Below are positions 37,668 through 49,448 of a stretch of DNA of 64,000 nucleotides, one piece after another. The position numbers and the translations under genes were made by a program. The stretch covers positions 35,962,001 through 36,026,000 of the forward strand of contig NC_087251.1 of NCBI RefSeq assembly GCF_037042905.1. The letters run 5' to 3'. Each line of letters begins with the position of its first letter. Within the stretch, counting starts at the first letter, position 1. The DNA comes from Lytechinus pictus. Its lineage: Eukaryota. The notes under the pieces were generated by a model. That model made no database searches, was not told where the DNA came from, and worked only from the letters and a program-made list of their open reading frames with translations.

Positions 37668-38710
37668 CAGAGATGCCAACCCTCCCGATTTCATCGGGAG
37701 GCTCCCGAAAATTCATCCCAACTCCCGCCCTTACGATTACCATCTTTATCCTCCCGAAATTACGATTTTTTTGCATTGATCAAATTGGATTGGAAACTCA
37801 TGTATCGTCTGCTAATTGTAGCATGTAGTAACTCAATTACGTTCGCTGCTTCTAAGTTATGTGTGAAAGGTAGACAAATAAGGAGCAGCGAAAAGCTGGT
37901 GCATGTGATATGCCCAACGGGAATCCACTGTGCACCAGGCCGGTAGGCCCGGCTAGCTTCGCGAGGCGTGTGCGCTCGCGGCCACTGTAATTGTCGAGTC
38001 GTGCGGTGGAATATCGGTGTGTGATTTCGGCGTATTGATGGGTTGATATTGACACGAAATGGCGGAAAATCAACAAAAGAAGACCAAGAAATGGTCTCAG
38101 AAGTATAAGACTGAATACAGTCTCCAGTACCCATGTATTCGGAAGTCGGAAAGAGGAATTTACCATGCATTTTGCACAATTTGCAGCGTGGACATTTCAG
38201 TTGAGCACGGAGGTCGTGATGATATTCGGAAGCACGTAGGGAGCAAACGGCATACGGACATTGCGAAGACGAGATCTTCGAGCTCCACTAGTACCCTGTT
38301 GACTTATTTCACCAAGCAAGGGACCAGCGAGGAGGAAGACGTTACCCGCGCTGAGCTTTTCTTTATAATAATAAAGAGGATAATTCCTCATTATTATTAT
38401 TGTTTAACAGGTACTTTTCTTCTATTGTCCCCTCATTTTTTTTACATATAAAAGCATATTTGATATTTTTCTTTGATTTTTATGTTAAAAAAGTGGGAAC
38501 AATGTTTCTTTAAAAACATGTGAAATGCTCCAAAATAAGGGTCAGATTGCACCAGAGAGCATCTAGAAACCCAGAGCTTCCAGGGCCCTAAGGCTGGACC
38601 CCGGCCGCAAGGGTCGAGCGCTCCGCGCTCGAGATGTGCGCTACGCGCACATAATTTGGAGTCGGTTGCAAATCCTCCCTAATTCTGATTTCCAAAAGTT
38701 GGCATCTCTG
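37668..38710 (+). mobile_element. Internally deleted hAT-type transposon with 6-bp TSD, retaining the N-terminal zinc-finger part of the transposase (ORF 38059-38451)
   Basis: TGAGTC|CAGAGATGCCAAC ... GTTGGCATCTCTG|TGAGTC. The ORF contains AFCTICSVDISVEHGGRDDIRKHVGSKRH (BED/TTF-like C2H2) and breaks off after VTRAEL. Confidence 0.88.
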
Positions 38711-39458
38711 TGAGTCAAAGGGCAAAAGAGTAAGGTAAAATAAAAACACGATTTTAAAAAAGATATTCTAATCTTAAGTTCTTTTACTGAGGAGTGTTTC
38801 ATGAAGCAATTGTCAGTGATTTGTAATGGCTAATTTGTTTTGAGCCAATCAGATGTAAGGATTTTAGTAGCTTATAACAGTTTTAGTTAAAATGACTAAT
38901 TATTTGTTCCATGAATTGCTCCCATGTCCTGTGTTAAAATTAAAGAGATCAAGAAAAGATCAACCTACATTATTCATGTGCCATAGATGAAGGATATGTT
39001 ATATTGAAGTGCTTAAAAGGCCCCAGCAACCAAGCTATGTGAGCTCATCTATGTCAGTGTGTTGATCTGCTTACAATTTGTTCCTCATTTCATAAAGTGA
39101 TGGATGGGTGCACAATCAAAGGAAATTTGATTTTTATGAACACACTCTCAAAGACTTGGGGCTCAATATCAACCTCTTTAATCCATGAAGGTTCAATGGA
39201 ATTTACATCTTGTACTACTCCTTATTTCTGTGTGTGTTTGCATGATTCTCAATATAGACCATCTAGGCATTAGACTAAATGACAATTGCACCTTGTGAGT
39301 ATTAGATCAAATGATGGTGGGACAAAATGGTAATTATACCCAATTAATAGTAGATCAAGTATTAAGCTCTGAGAATTAGACCACCTGCTAAGTAGACCAA
39401 GTGGATACAAACATGTTAGAACCTGACTGAGGTATGATGTTGTATTTTCTTCAACCAG

Positions 39459-39560
39459 AATAAAGACATGGACAATGCCACTCATGTGAAGACATCGCCC
39501 AATGTGATAGGAGAGGAACTCAGAGGAAAAATACATGAAAACGAAACACTCCACAAACAG
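39459..39560 (+). CDS. PPP1R21: PPP1R21 exon 4 (NKDMDN...EELRGKIHENETLHKQ)
   Basis: CCAG acceptor, GTAAAT donor, phase 0-0; similar to vertebrate EDLQKKIEENERLH. Confidence 0.92.
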
Positions 39561-39589
39561 GTAAATACAATTTTCAGTTAAATTATTAT

Positions 39590-39920
39590 TTGGTTCCAGG
39601 TTTCATATTGCATTTGTATCCTGATAAATCATGATAATTACAATTTACATAACCGTATTTTAATTTTCAATTAACATTATGATTTGGTTCAAATTGTCAT
39701 CTTACATGGTGTTCTGGTAAACATCAATCATATTGATAATGTCTTTCCACAGTTCCATTTAACATTACCATGTTTAGGTGTTAAATTGATTGAAAAAATT
39801 GAGTTTTCAGATTCTTTATAAAGGGATTTGGTTCAAATAATCATCTTGCATCGTATCCTGGTAAATATCAGTCATAATGATATTGTCTTGCTTCGGTTCT
39901 ATTTTATATAACCATGGTAA
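39590..39920. repeat. Degenerate local tandem repeat (2-3 copies, ~90-145 bp)
   Basis: ATTTGGTTC..A....TCAT.TT.CAT...T.CTG.TAAA recurs at ~39588, ~39682 and ~39826. Confidence 0.65.
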
Positions 39921-40086
39921 ATGTTTCATTTTCTGTAATCATGTCGATACTTTCAATTGAATTGCCTTATAGAAAAGTGTCCTTGTCCTTAAAAATACAA
40001 AACTTAAAACATTTATTTCTTAGGTTACTTTTGTTTTGATCTTGTAATAATTTAATGGCCATACTTTTGTTGATACTGCAATATAG

Positions 40087-40630
40087 CTTTATGACCTATC
40101 TGAAGAGCATAAGAAGATAGTAATGGAACTCAGCAGCCAGCTGGCCATTCTAGAATGTGGCAGTAGCCAGCATCATAGCATGATAGAGGCCTCTGAGAAA
40201 CAACAAAGAGACAACATATATGTCTTTGTTAGATTTATTTTGATCTTATGATATTTTAATGACCATCCTTGTCTTGTCAAAAATAAGATGTGACCCATCT
40301 GAAGAGTACAGGAGATTGTGACAGAACTCAGCAGTAAAATCACCTTTGATCATGTACTTCCGTTGAATCGTTTGAAAGACATTTGAAAACATACATATTT
40401 TTGTTGTAGTGTAATTGTAATATTGGAGAGCAATTTGTATAAAGCGCATAGAGCAATTTTGATTGCTTATGCGCTGTATAAGTACCAATTTATTATTATT
40501 ATTATTATTATTTGTATTATTATGTGTATTATTATTATCATTATTATTAAACTGGCCAATCTGGAGCAGGACAGCAGCCAACATCATAGCATGGTAGAGG
40601 CATCTGATAAACAATACAAGGAGATCCTCC
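40087..40630 (+). pseudogene. Two degenerate partial duplicates of PPP1R21 exon 5 (copy A 40087-40204; copy B ~40288-40630, split by a ~210 bp retroposon tail)
   Basis: Copy A reads LYDLSEEHKKIVMELSSQLAILECGSSQHHSMIEASEKQ after an AG. Copy B is interrupted after SSK by an insert ending GCGCTGTATAAGT...(ATT)n. Confidence 0.88.
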
Positions 40631-40709
40631 AACATTTATTTCTTTGTTTAGTTCTGTTAAGATCTTACTGTATAGTTTCACGGCCATCCCTGTTTCGTTT
40701 ATAATACAG

Positions 40710-40901
40710 CTCTATGACCTATCTGAAGAACACAGGAAAATAGTGACAGAGCTTAGCAGTAAACTGGCCAATCTAGAACGTGACAGTAGCCAGCATCATA
40801 GCGTGATAGAGGCATCTGAGAAACAATTCAAGGAGACCCTAGAACGGCTTCAGCAGGAGAGGGCCAGGATGGAGGTACAGCTCCAGGCCAGAGACAAAGA
40901 G
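40710..40901 (+). CDS. PPP1R21: PPP1R21 exon 5 (LYDLSEEHRK...ERARMEVQLQARDKE)
   Basis: TACAG acceptor and GTGTGT donor; coiled-coil sequence; phase 0-0. Confidence 0.9.
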
Positions 40902-41911
40902 GTGTGTTCACACTTGATCTACAAACACTTTGATTGAATTTACATCTGAATAATTGATAGGCCTGGGAGTAAATCTCAAACCATCGAAGCATTCGATCAG
41001 TTTACCAACAATCAGCAACTGAATATTCCTTCACTAATAAAATATTTGCCAGATGTTGATTACTGATTTGAGACAATCGATTGTCAAAAGTGCATGGTTA
41101 TAATCTTTGATAATGGACAATAAAGTGCAAGATAGCAAATCAAATTTATGCTAGCATTTAATGAATTCCAAGCATTGTAACTCTTCCAAGACACAAAAAT
41201 GGGGGGTTTTTGCAACCTCATCACAGACGGCTAATTTGTATTTTGCTACAGGTGCTACAATATGTCAACTTTTTTGTTATTTTTTATAATCCAGGAATCT
41301 TGAATGTTCGAACCATTCAATTGTTTATCCCAGCAAATAATCAAATGGAAAAAAAGGTTATTTGTCCCAGGCCTAAGTAATTGATTTGGATTTTGATTCC
41401 TGGACAATGTTACTAACTGCCTCTAATAACAAGCCTCGTGATAGATTGCCCTGTGAAAATGGAATGAATGTAATCAACAACACAAAGATATTTTTACCAG
41501 ATAATGAAAACGGAGGAATATTTACTATGCCCTGTGTGATATATTGAAATTTGAAAACAAATGAAAGAAATTAAAATACTTGATGGCTTAATTTTCGCAT
41601 ATATAATGTAATGATGCCAAAGTGGTGTACAACTTGTATGGTTATGAATGGCCACCTGCTTAATTTTATCACATTTATTTGTCTAGTAATTATAATGCCC
41701 GCATGAATAATTTGTAGGGCTTGCATTAAAACAATTCTATTTTTTATTTCATTGTCGATATAAAGTGACATTTGCAAATGTAGAGAACTGATTAACTTCC
41801 ATCTATTTGAAATGAAATTCATTTTATTTGCAGCTTCTCATGTTGCTGATATTAGTACAAATATTAGACCTTTTGTTAAAATGTTCTGTGATGTTTGATC
41901 TATTTTGGTAG

Positions 41912-42038
41912 GTACGTGAAGCCCTTATCAAGGCTGAACAGTGTTCCGAGGAGCTGAGGAGAACTAAAGAAGATCTCGGTAGCAAGTTATCTTGGGCGAC
42001 CCGTATCATCCAAGATAAACTACCATTCAATGATGAAG
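41912..42038 (+). CDS. PPP1R21: PPP1R21 exon 6 (VREALIKAEQC...IIQDKLPFNDE)
   Basis: TAG acceptor and GTGAGT donor; conserved IIxxKxPFND. Confidence 0.93.
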
Positions 42039-42370
42039 GTGAGTAGGACTTTCGGTCAATATTCACTTTGTCGAGCAACTTGAGTAAAATGCTCTGTTAG
42101 TGCATAAATAATCTTCCAGTAGATAGTATTGTTCTTGTAGAAATATAATAAAAATAACAAATTTGTATGTGACTGATATTTCCTTGGTTACGTTTTGTTA
42201 AGAAAAATAAAAATGAGTCATTATATTTATTTAGCCTTTAGGAAGATCCGGCCTTCGCAATAAAGACAATATTTGTGTATTGTCTTGTGTGAAATGAATG
42301 TAGACTGTACCGAACTGAACAAGTCTCTGTCTTTATTGATATTGATTTACTATTTATTTGATATTGACAG

Positions 42371-42423
42371 AGCTACCTGAGTTGAGTAGATTGAATGTAC
42401 CAGCACATGACAAGAAGCACCAG
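42371..42423 (+). CDS. PPP1R21: PPP1R21 exon 7 (ELPELSRLNVPAHDKKHQ)
   Basis: CAG/GTAAGT boundaries; conserved LNVPxHxxxHQ; phase 1-0. Confidence 0.92.
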
Positions 42424-43149
42424 GTAAGTGGAATTTTGTTTTTCCATTATATAATTTATTTATTATTTTGAGTTTTATTTCTAACAAGGTAGCCTCTTCA
42501 TTCGACGAGCTGCAGTAACTGATGGACCTGTGAAATAAAACAATATGCACAGTGACAGACAACTTATAGCAATTCAAATTTAAACATAATTAATACGCAC
42601 AATATAAAAACGCATCAGAAGATCTTGGAAGCAAAAACCATTCTTGGAGAGAGGGATTGAGTGAATGAAATCGAAAGAGAGAGGGGAAGATGTGGAGAAG
42701 AGGAAGCAAGAAAGAAGGCAAGAGAAATCTTAGAGAGGCAAGAGAGAAGACATTGAAGGGGCGAGAGAGGCAAAGAGATGACCTCTATACCATCTTCCAC
42801 ACTAGGTTATAGGCAGAATATGACGTATATCCATCTCAATTCAATTTCAATTCATTTATAGGTTCAATGTCATGGCAAAAATATCAAATACATTGATATC
42901 AAATGTGGCAAATTGAATTTTATTCAAAGTTATCAGATGCTGTGTACAGTTATCTTTTCAGTTTATTACCGTTATAATCTTAGAAGCAAATTTTGATTCA
43001 GCAATAAAGCATTCCAAATATATTAGCAAATGACTGTGTAGAAATTGTTTAGAATGAAAATAAGCTTAGTTGTGTTTTTGTATGTTCAAACTTATAAAAA
43101 AAATCTAAGTGGAATTTTAAATCTTGTATACCTGTAACGCACAAAATGA

Positions 43150-43445
43150 TTTAAATAATAAATAAATAAGGCATTTATGAATGCTATACATAATGCACAT
43201 CATAGCATTTACACTGTAGATCAATTGACAACACTTAAAGTCCTCATCTATACTGGATACAAGTAAGTTTTCAACTGTTTCTTAAATCTATGAAGAGAAG
43301 TTTCAGATCTCAAGGTAATGGGAAGCTTGTTCCATTCTTTTGCCGCAGCAACAGTAAAACTACGTTCACCAGCCTTGCTCCGGGTTGCATGATAGGTTAG
43401 TCGATAGAGATCTCTACTTGAACACAAACCTTCTCATTTAGGATT
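43150..43445 (-). mobile_element. L2-type LINE 3' fragment
   Basis: Minus strand reads AGERSFTVAAAKEWNKLPITLRSETSLHRFKKQLKTYL, followed by a 3' tail ending in TTAT repeats. Confidence 0.8.
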
Positions 43446-43564
43446 GTGAATCTGAAGTGCCCCCTTGATATACATTGGTACATGATCATGAAATGATCAT
43501 TTGCTACTCTTTTAAAGAAGTATTTTTGGTTACGCCTTTTCCATTTTCACTTATTTTATATCAG

Positions 43565-43717
43565 CATCGGAGTATGGAACTGATGAATCAGGCATCTTCC
43601 CTGGTTAAAGAACTCTGTGCCGGACTATCCAACTTCCACACGTACACAGAGCAAAGATCAAAGATATTTCCCATTGATTCTGCAAGTGGTATGCCTATCA
43701 GCCAAGTTAACCAAAAA
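43565..43717 (+). CDS. PPP1R21: PPP1R21 exon 8 (HRSMELM...NFHTYTEQRSKIFPIDSA...VNQK)
   Basis: CAG/GTAAGT boundaries; signature NFHTYTEQR. Confidence 0.95.
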
Positions 43718-44610
43718 GTAAGTCACGCATCGATAATCATGATTTTAATACCTTAAAACATTACTCTTCAATTCTTCTTAATTTCTTTTACAGTTTCCTA
43801 AAAAGTGCCTTGAGCACTCTACAGAGTGGATTTAGCGCGATATAAGTCTAATTATTAAGCACTGATAATCCTAATTTTGTTTGCTGCTTATTCAGTGGTC
43901 TCTTGCAGATACATTGTTACTTGATGTACACTCCCTTGTCTATTTTCTGTTGGTCTCATATATGGTCTAATCCTAGTTTGTCTACAACCAGCTCATCCAA
44001 TAATGATAATGATTATGATGGTAATGATGATGATGATGAATTAGACTAATTGCCTATTCCTCAAAGTCGCCTAAAGGCAGCTTTCCATTTGCGATGCAAC
44101 TTCTGTTAGTGTGTTATTTGGTAAAAATATTGCAAAACCACTACGCTTCGACATGAGCATGTGCATAACAGTATTCTTTTCAAGATAAATGAATCACAGA
44201 ATGGATTTAATTTTTTTTTTTTGGGGGGGGGGGTTGGTTCTAGCACTTGTTAGAATTCGCTCTCAATGATATAAAACAACATCCGGAGCCCTGTCACAAA
44301 AATATTAGCAATTAATTAGCAACTCATGAAATCTGTATAAATTCAACATGTATATTTAATAATAACCACAGGGGGGTTTCTGTGAAAGTTGTCAGCACTG
44401 ACTAAATTTGCAGCTCCAACAATTCAATTACCATGGTAACAGTCAGGGACCAGTGCTTCTCAGCCAGTCTCAACCAAGGATTTCACTAATATTGTCATTT
44501 CATTAAAAGTTTTATCAGTGATTTTTACTGACCAGTTTGCTCTCAGCCAATCAGATGCAAGGGTTTTAGTAGCTTATAACAATAGTAAAAATCACTCACT
44601 ATTTGTATGT

Positions 44611-44882
44611 GGGCGCGCCGTGGTCTAGTGGTTCTGACTCTCACCTTTCAAACAGAGGGTTGTGGTTCGAATCCTAGCCATGGCGTGTTTTCCTTCAGCA
44701 AGAAATTTATCCACACTGTGCTGCACTCGAACAAGGTGAGGTAAATGGGTACCAGCAGGAAGTAATTTTCCTCAAAAAGCTGTGCGCACCAGAATCGGTA
44801 GACTAGCTTAGCCGGGGTAATATAGGAGTGCCTTGAGCACCTAGCAAGGTGGATACGTGCACTATACAAATCCTTTATTATT
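44611..44882 (+). mobile_element. tRNA-derived SINE, near full length
   Basis: A box TGGTCTAGTGG (44621), B box GGTTCGAATCC (44664), central TGCTGCACTCGA..AGGTGAGGTAAATGGGTACC core, and a GCACTATACAAAT..TATTATT tail. Confidence 0.85.
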
Positions 44883-45073
44883 TCGTGAAATGCTTTTCAA
44901 ATAGCTGTATCAATTTATGTTCTTGATTCATCAGTTGTCAATTAGAGACATTTAACCGCTGAGATTCCTGCCCACTTCTGGCAAACTTATTAATGATGGG
45001 ATAACTATTTCATTGGTATTTTATTGATGCCATATGCAGTATATAATTGTGATTTAATTTTGTTAATCAACAG

Positions 45074-45175
45074 TTCTGTAGCCATCTTCATGAAAACGCT
45101 TCATACCTAAGACCATTAGAACAGTCCTTTGCAGCTTTCAACGAAAGTACTCGGGATGATGCTCTTACAACATTG
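45074..45175 (+). CDS. PPP1R21: PPP1R21 exon 9 (FCSHLHENASYLRPLEQ...LTTL)
   Basis: CAG/GTGAGA boundaries; conserved LHENASYxRPLE. Confidence 0.95.
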
Positions 45176-46079
45176 GTGAGAAAAGTGGAAGTATTTGATT
45201 ATTATTTTTTTTTTTTTTTCATTTAGAGACAGACGAACCTTGTATGATTCAGAGGCATTTAATGTACCACCCTATTTTCAGTCATCTGTCAATTTGACTT
45301 TGACAATTTTTGCTGTATGTTTAACCCTTTCCATGTGTACTTCACCCCATAGCACACTCGATGCCGCACAAACTTTGCATTTCACACTCAAGCAAACAAT
45401 GCATTGTTTCCCTCCCTGAAAAGAATTCAGCACAGAGGGGGGTATGGCACAGTGCACACAGAGTTGATATTTTTTTAATGTACCAGTAAAGCCAACTTGC
45501 TTGATGACTATTGCATTTTAATTTAATTAAAAAATTGAAGGCAAAATATGGATCTGAATATAGGGTATGCCTTTCATTCACACCCTATTCATTGCCATAA
45601 AACCCCCCTTGTTTGAAGCAATCCAACAAAATTAAGAAGTAAAAGAGCTATAGTAAAATAAAATATCTATTTATTTGAATGTTTGTCAACTTCACAGCTG
45701 TCTTTTCACAGATATTTAGAAAATTACATTTTTCCATATGTGTGATTGTTTAATTCCAAATCAACATTAAGTGTATTTTTTCTTGTTTGCAATTACATTA
45801 TCCTTTCTTTTATGCTTTTCAGGGGTTATTTGTTATTCGATCGTTGAGTATTGGTGGTATTCTATCTGAAATATTTTATATTTTTAGGGGTCATCACATG
45901 GTTTATATGTATCTATAGTTAGGTATTTTTATGATTCATTAGTGTAGAGTCAAATTGAATTTAGTTGGGTTGTTTTAATTATAATGTTTGAAAGTATTTA
46001 ATCATCCAGTAAAATAATTGATAATAATATAAAAATGTTAATGTTGCTATGACCTTGATTCTCCTGTGTACATTTTTAG

Positions 46080-46168
46080 GAAACAGCTACCGGCCTTCAA
46101 GACTTTGCTGCTAAGTTCAGTAAATATGTTGCTTATCTCCAGAAGCTTTTACCTTATCAACTTCTAAG
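46080..46168 (+). CDS. PPP1R21: PPP1R21 exon 10 (ETATGLQDF...KLLPYQLLS)
   Basis: TAG/GTGAGA boundaries; conserved KxLPYQLxS; phase 0-2. Confidence 0.93.
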
Positions 46169-46670
46169 GTGAGATAGATTTCTAATTTTTGGTTCTTGTT
46201 TTTTTTTTTTTTTTTTGCAACATATGTAATTCATACCAGTAGATTCATTCAGTTTATGGTTATTAATTTTGAGTGAAAATACATGGTAAATATGAATACG
46301 ATAGACACATATGTGACCTGCCACCCCAAAACCAACAATAAGTCACCAGTGAAGGTTCTCTGTAAATAGCCGAAATATTCATTCTGTCTTCAACAAGAGT
46401 ATTTCTTTTTCTTCATGATGATAAATTTTGAGATTGTAAAGTTGAATAAACGCCAAGATACAATATTTTCTTTGGCATCATTTTGTCTGGACTGCTTGAA
46501 AGTTTCATCCAGATTGCATAGTGAGCACATCTCATGCTTTAAGTGAGCCCTGAACTTCAAAAATTGTTTTCCCCTTACATTTTTAAAGCTCTAGCTGAAT
46601 TTCTTTTGCAGTCATTCAGGTACCTGTGAGGGTTAATATTGATCAATTTGGGCAAGTATTATTTTGGTGG

Positions 46671-46862
46671 CATGACATTTGCTCATGCGACAATTGCTCA
46701 CGGCTTAGTTACGTCTAAGATGTACTGTTAGAGTTTCAAAAGGGTTTTATGTTAGGTTTAGTTTTAGGGTATGGTATAGTGTTAAATCCAGGGTTGAAGT
46801 TGGTAATTTGATTAGTGTATGGAATTTAGAGTGGAGCAATTGTCGCCGGAGTAGATGTCATG
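46671..46862. mobile_element. MITE
   Basis: Inverted ends CATGACATTTGCTC..GCGACAATTGCTC / GAGCAATTGTCGC..GAGTAGATGTCATG. Confidence 0.7.
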
Positions 46863-47062
46863 GAATCATCATTTCATTGGTTGGGATATGCTTTTTCAAG
46901 CTCAATGAAAATCTCAAAATTCATTTTGAGCACCTTGGCTTGGGTTGGCTTTTCACACATTTTGAATCAAAATGTCCAGGGGTAACCCCTGTGCACCAGT
47001 AATATCTGTTATAATACATTATACATCAATACAAGCCTCATTGTTGTAATTTTTTTTTTCAG

Positions 47063-47292
47063 CATCGAAGAAGAATGCCGTCTATCTACCTGTTCTCAGA
47101 CGTTAGAATCCCGTAACATGGAGCTCCATTCCTCACTACAACGAATGTCCTCCGTCTTCACCACTGTCGAGAGTTATGTTAGTCTCCTTGCGTCCGCTAG
47201 TACCACATCCTGTGAGTGTCCTCAGGCAAACTTCAAGACGATCTTTGAGAAGCTTGCCGAGAGTCTTACCAACCTTTATGAAGTCATGAAAG
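47063..47292 (+). CDS. PPP1R21: PPP1R21 exon 11 (IEEECRLSTCSQTLESRNMEL...YEVMK)
   Basis: Poly-T CAG acceptor and GTATGG donor; conserved EEECxxSxCxxxLxxRNxEL; phase 2-1. Confidence 0.93.
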
Positions 47293-47945
47293 GTATGGAG
47301 GAAACTGAAGAAATACAGGGTGTAATAGATTAAAGAGGGACTAAAAGATTCAATATGGATGCAAGCTCAGCCAGCGACTTCGCTCATGCTACAAATTGTA
47401 CACAATCATGCAGAACGCCTGTAGGTGCTATGTCAGTAATGCTGCAATTCATTATACCTCATGCAGGGAAAAGATCAATCACCCCCAAGATTTGAAGAAG
47501 AAAAAATCCCTTGTAAGTTGCAATAGGTCCCCCATAAACTACTCATTGGCTTCAGTGTAATAGGCAATTATTGTCCAAATAAGTAGACGAAAAATGCCAG
47601 ATGATTTATTCTATGTTACAAAAATTTGTTGTTACAATTTGCTTGGTTTTGCTGAATCTTAGGAACATTTTGTGAAGCATTTTGTCAAAGATTTTCCCCT
47701 GACAACTTTTGTTGTAAGCTACTGAAATCCTTGAACCTGAATGGTTGAGAGTAGCTTCTGTTTGTGGAAATCACTGACAAGATGCCTCATGAAATGCTCT
47801 CCAAGTTATCTTCACTTATGGAATGCAATGAGGATAAGGATATAGATAATAATAATGCAATTATAAAGCATCTAATCAAGTCTTTAGAGTGTTCAGAGAG
47901 TTATGAACTAACCCCCACTGGGCTATTTTGCAAGCTTAAATTCCT

Positions 47946-48235
47946 GGGTCTGTATTCTGATCTCAGGTTTAAATTAAACTCTGTTATGGAGAGCCAATTT
48001 GGGCACAAATCTCTAACAATACACATCCAATTTATTTACTTATATGACACCCAAATTGTTCATAATTGTCTGGGAATGATAAATGAAGTATTTTGAAGTA
48101 TTTTTCTTCATTATGAAAGCAAAATAGTAAACATAATAAATATACAATAGAAACATAATTTTTGAATTTTTGGCTTCCCATAATTTTAGCAGAGTTAGAC
48201 TGGTCTAAGTTAAACCTGACTTCAGAATACGGGCC
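47946..48235. mobile_element. Harbinger-like MITE
   Basis: TIR GGGTCTGTATTCTGATCTCAGGTTTAA / TTAAACCTGACTTCAGAATACGGGCC. Confidence 0.7.
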
Positions 48236-48405
48236 TTGGGATCCTAAGATCTCGGCCATGGGTTGTCTGATCAAGCATAAGCTTGGTACAGATGCAGTGT
48301 AATATGTAGGGAACAAGATAATGGTATAAGTTTTTTATTTGACTTCTTGTTTATCAAACTATTAAATGTGTTGTTCAAAGTTTAATAACTTTCTTGTTTA
48401 CGCAG

Positions 48406-48533
48406 ATTTATCAAAGAATTATAACTTCAAGGTGTCTTTAGAACACCAGCTACCAATAGCATCTCAGAAACTCAAGACTACAGATGAGTGTGTTGTATCA
48501 TCCCTTATATCATTAGTAACGTGTACAGGAAAG
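48406..48533 (+). CDS. PPP1R21: PPP1R21 exon 12 (DLSKNYNFKVSLEHQLPIASQKLKTTDECVVSSL...TGK)
   Basis: GCAG/GTTAGT boundaries; conserved EHxLPxAxQKLxTTxxC. Confidence 0.95.
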
Positions 48534-49295
48534 GTTAGTATTTTTGCCATTGTTACCATGAAAGTTTGATATTGATTAACCTACTTAATTATTTGCATGC
48601 AGCTGTTGCATTATAACACATTTATAGAATTTTAATTCAACAATTGTAATAAGTTTTCTCCTTCACCTTTGTACCAGTGAAACTTAGTGATAATTTTCAA
48701 TGGCGTCTACAAAATAATTGTCATTGGTGCAATAAGTACATGTAAATCAAATTTAAAGAAAATTTTACTATAGTAATTATTATCCCTTTGGAATTCAGTG
48801 TATGATGAGTTAAATGAAAGTCAAGTTGTATTATATTAAACATGTACACTGGAAAGAATTGCTCTTCAGATGTTTGCCCATTTAAAAGAGTATTTGATTT
48901 AAAAAAATGTGAAATGTTTGGTCAAAACATTTCCAGACAAGTATATTTGTGTACATTGCATGTGTCTATCTGTGAAGAATTTAGTCAATTTCCTAACATT
49001 TTGGCTATTCAGATTACTTTTGTGCACACTTCTCACTGCAACATTAAAGTAATCTTGAATAGATTAATGAATAGATTTGGGATAGCCCTCCATAAAAGTG
49101 TGGTATTAACCAATCAGGGTCCGATAACACAAAGATTAGTGATTAATCATATACTTGATTTTCATGATTGATTGTACATCGTAGACTATGTATTCAATCG
49201 TATAAAAATGTTCTACGATCATTGATAAGCTTTGCATTATGGGCCTCAGAATATTGAGTTTGTATGTTTCTTTGTTTTCATTTTTTCTGTGATAG

Positions 49296-49448
49296 ATTTC
49301 TAACTTCATGAAGACCAACCTAGATTTCTTCAAAAGTCCAGTAGGTTATGGGAATAGTAAAGGTTCTTCTACAGGAGGTCAGAGCACATCACCTTGTGTG
49401 CCATTACTACGACAGAGAGCAGTAGCTTATATGGCTGCATTGAATAAG
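49296..49448 (+). CDS. PPP1R21: PPP1R21 exon 13 (ISNFMKTNLDFF...RAVAYMAALNK)
   Basis: TAG/GTAAAA boundaries; open frame; NLDxF and AxAYM conserved. Confidence 0.92.

Noticed and set aside
44611..44690. tRNA gene (also 16345-16410)
   Set aside because: A and B boxes are present, but there is no proper cloverleaf and the sequence continues into a SINE body and tail.
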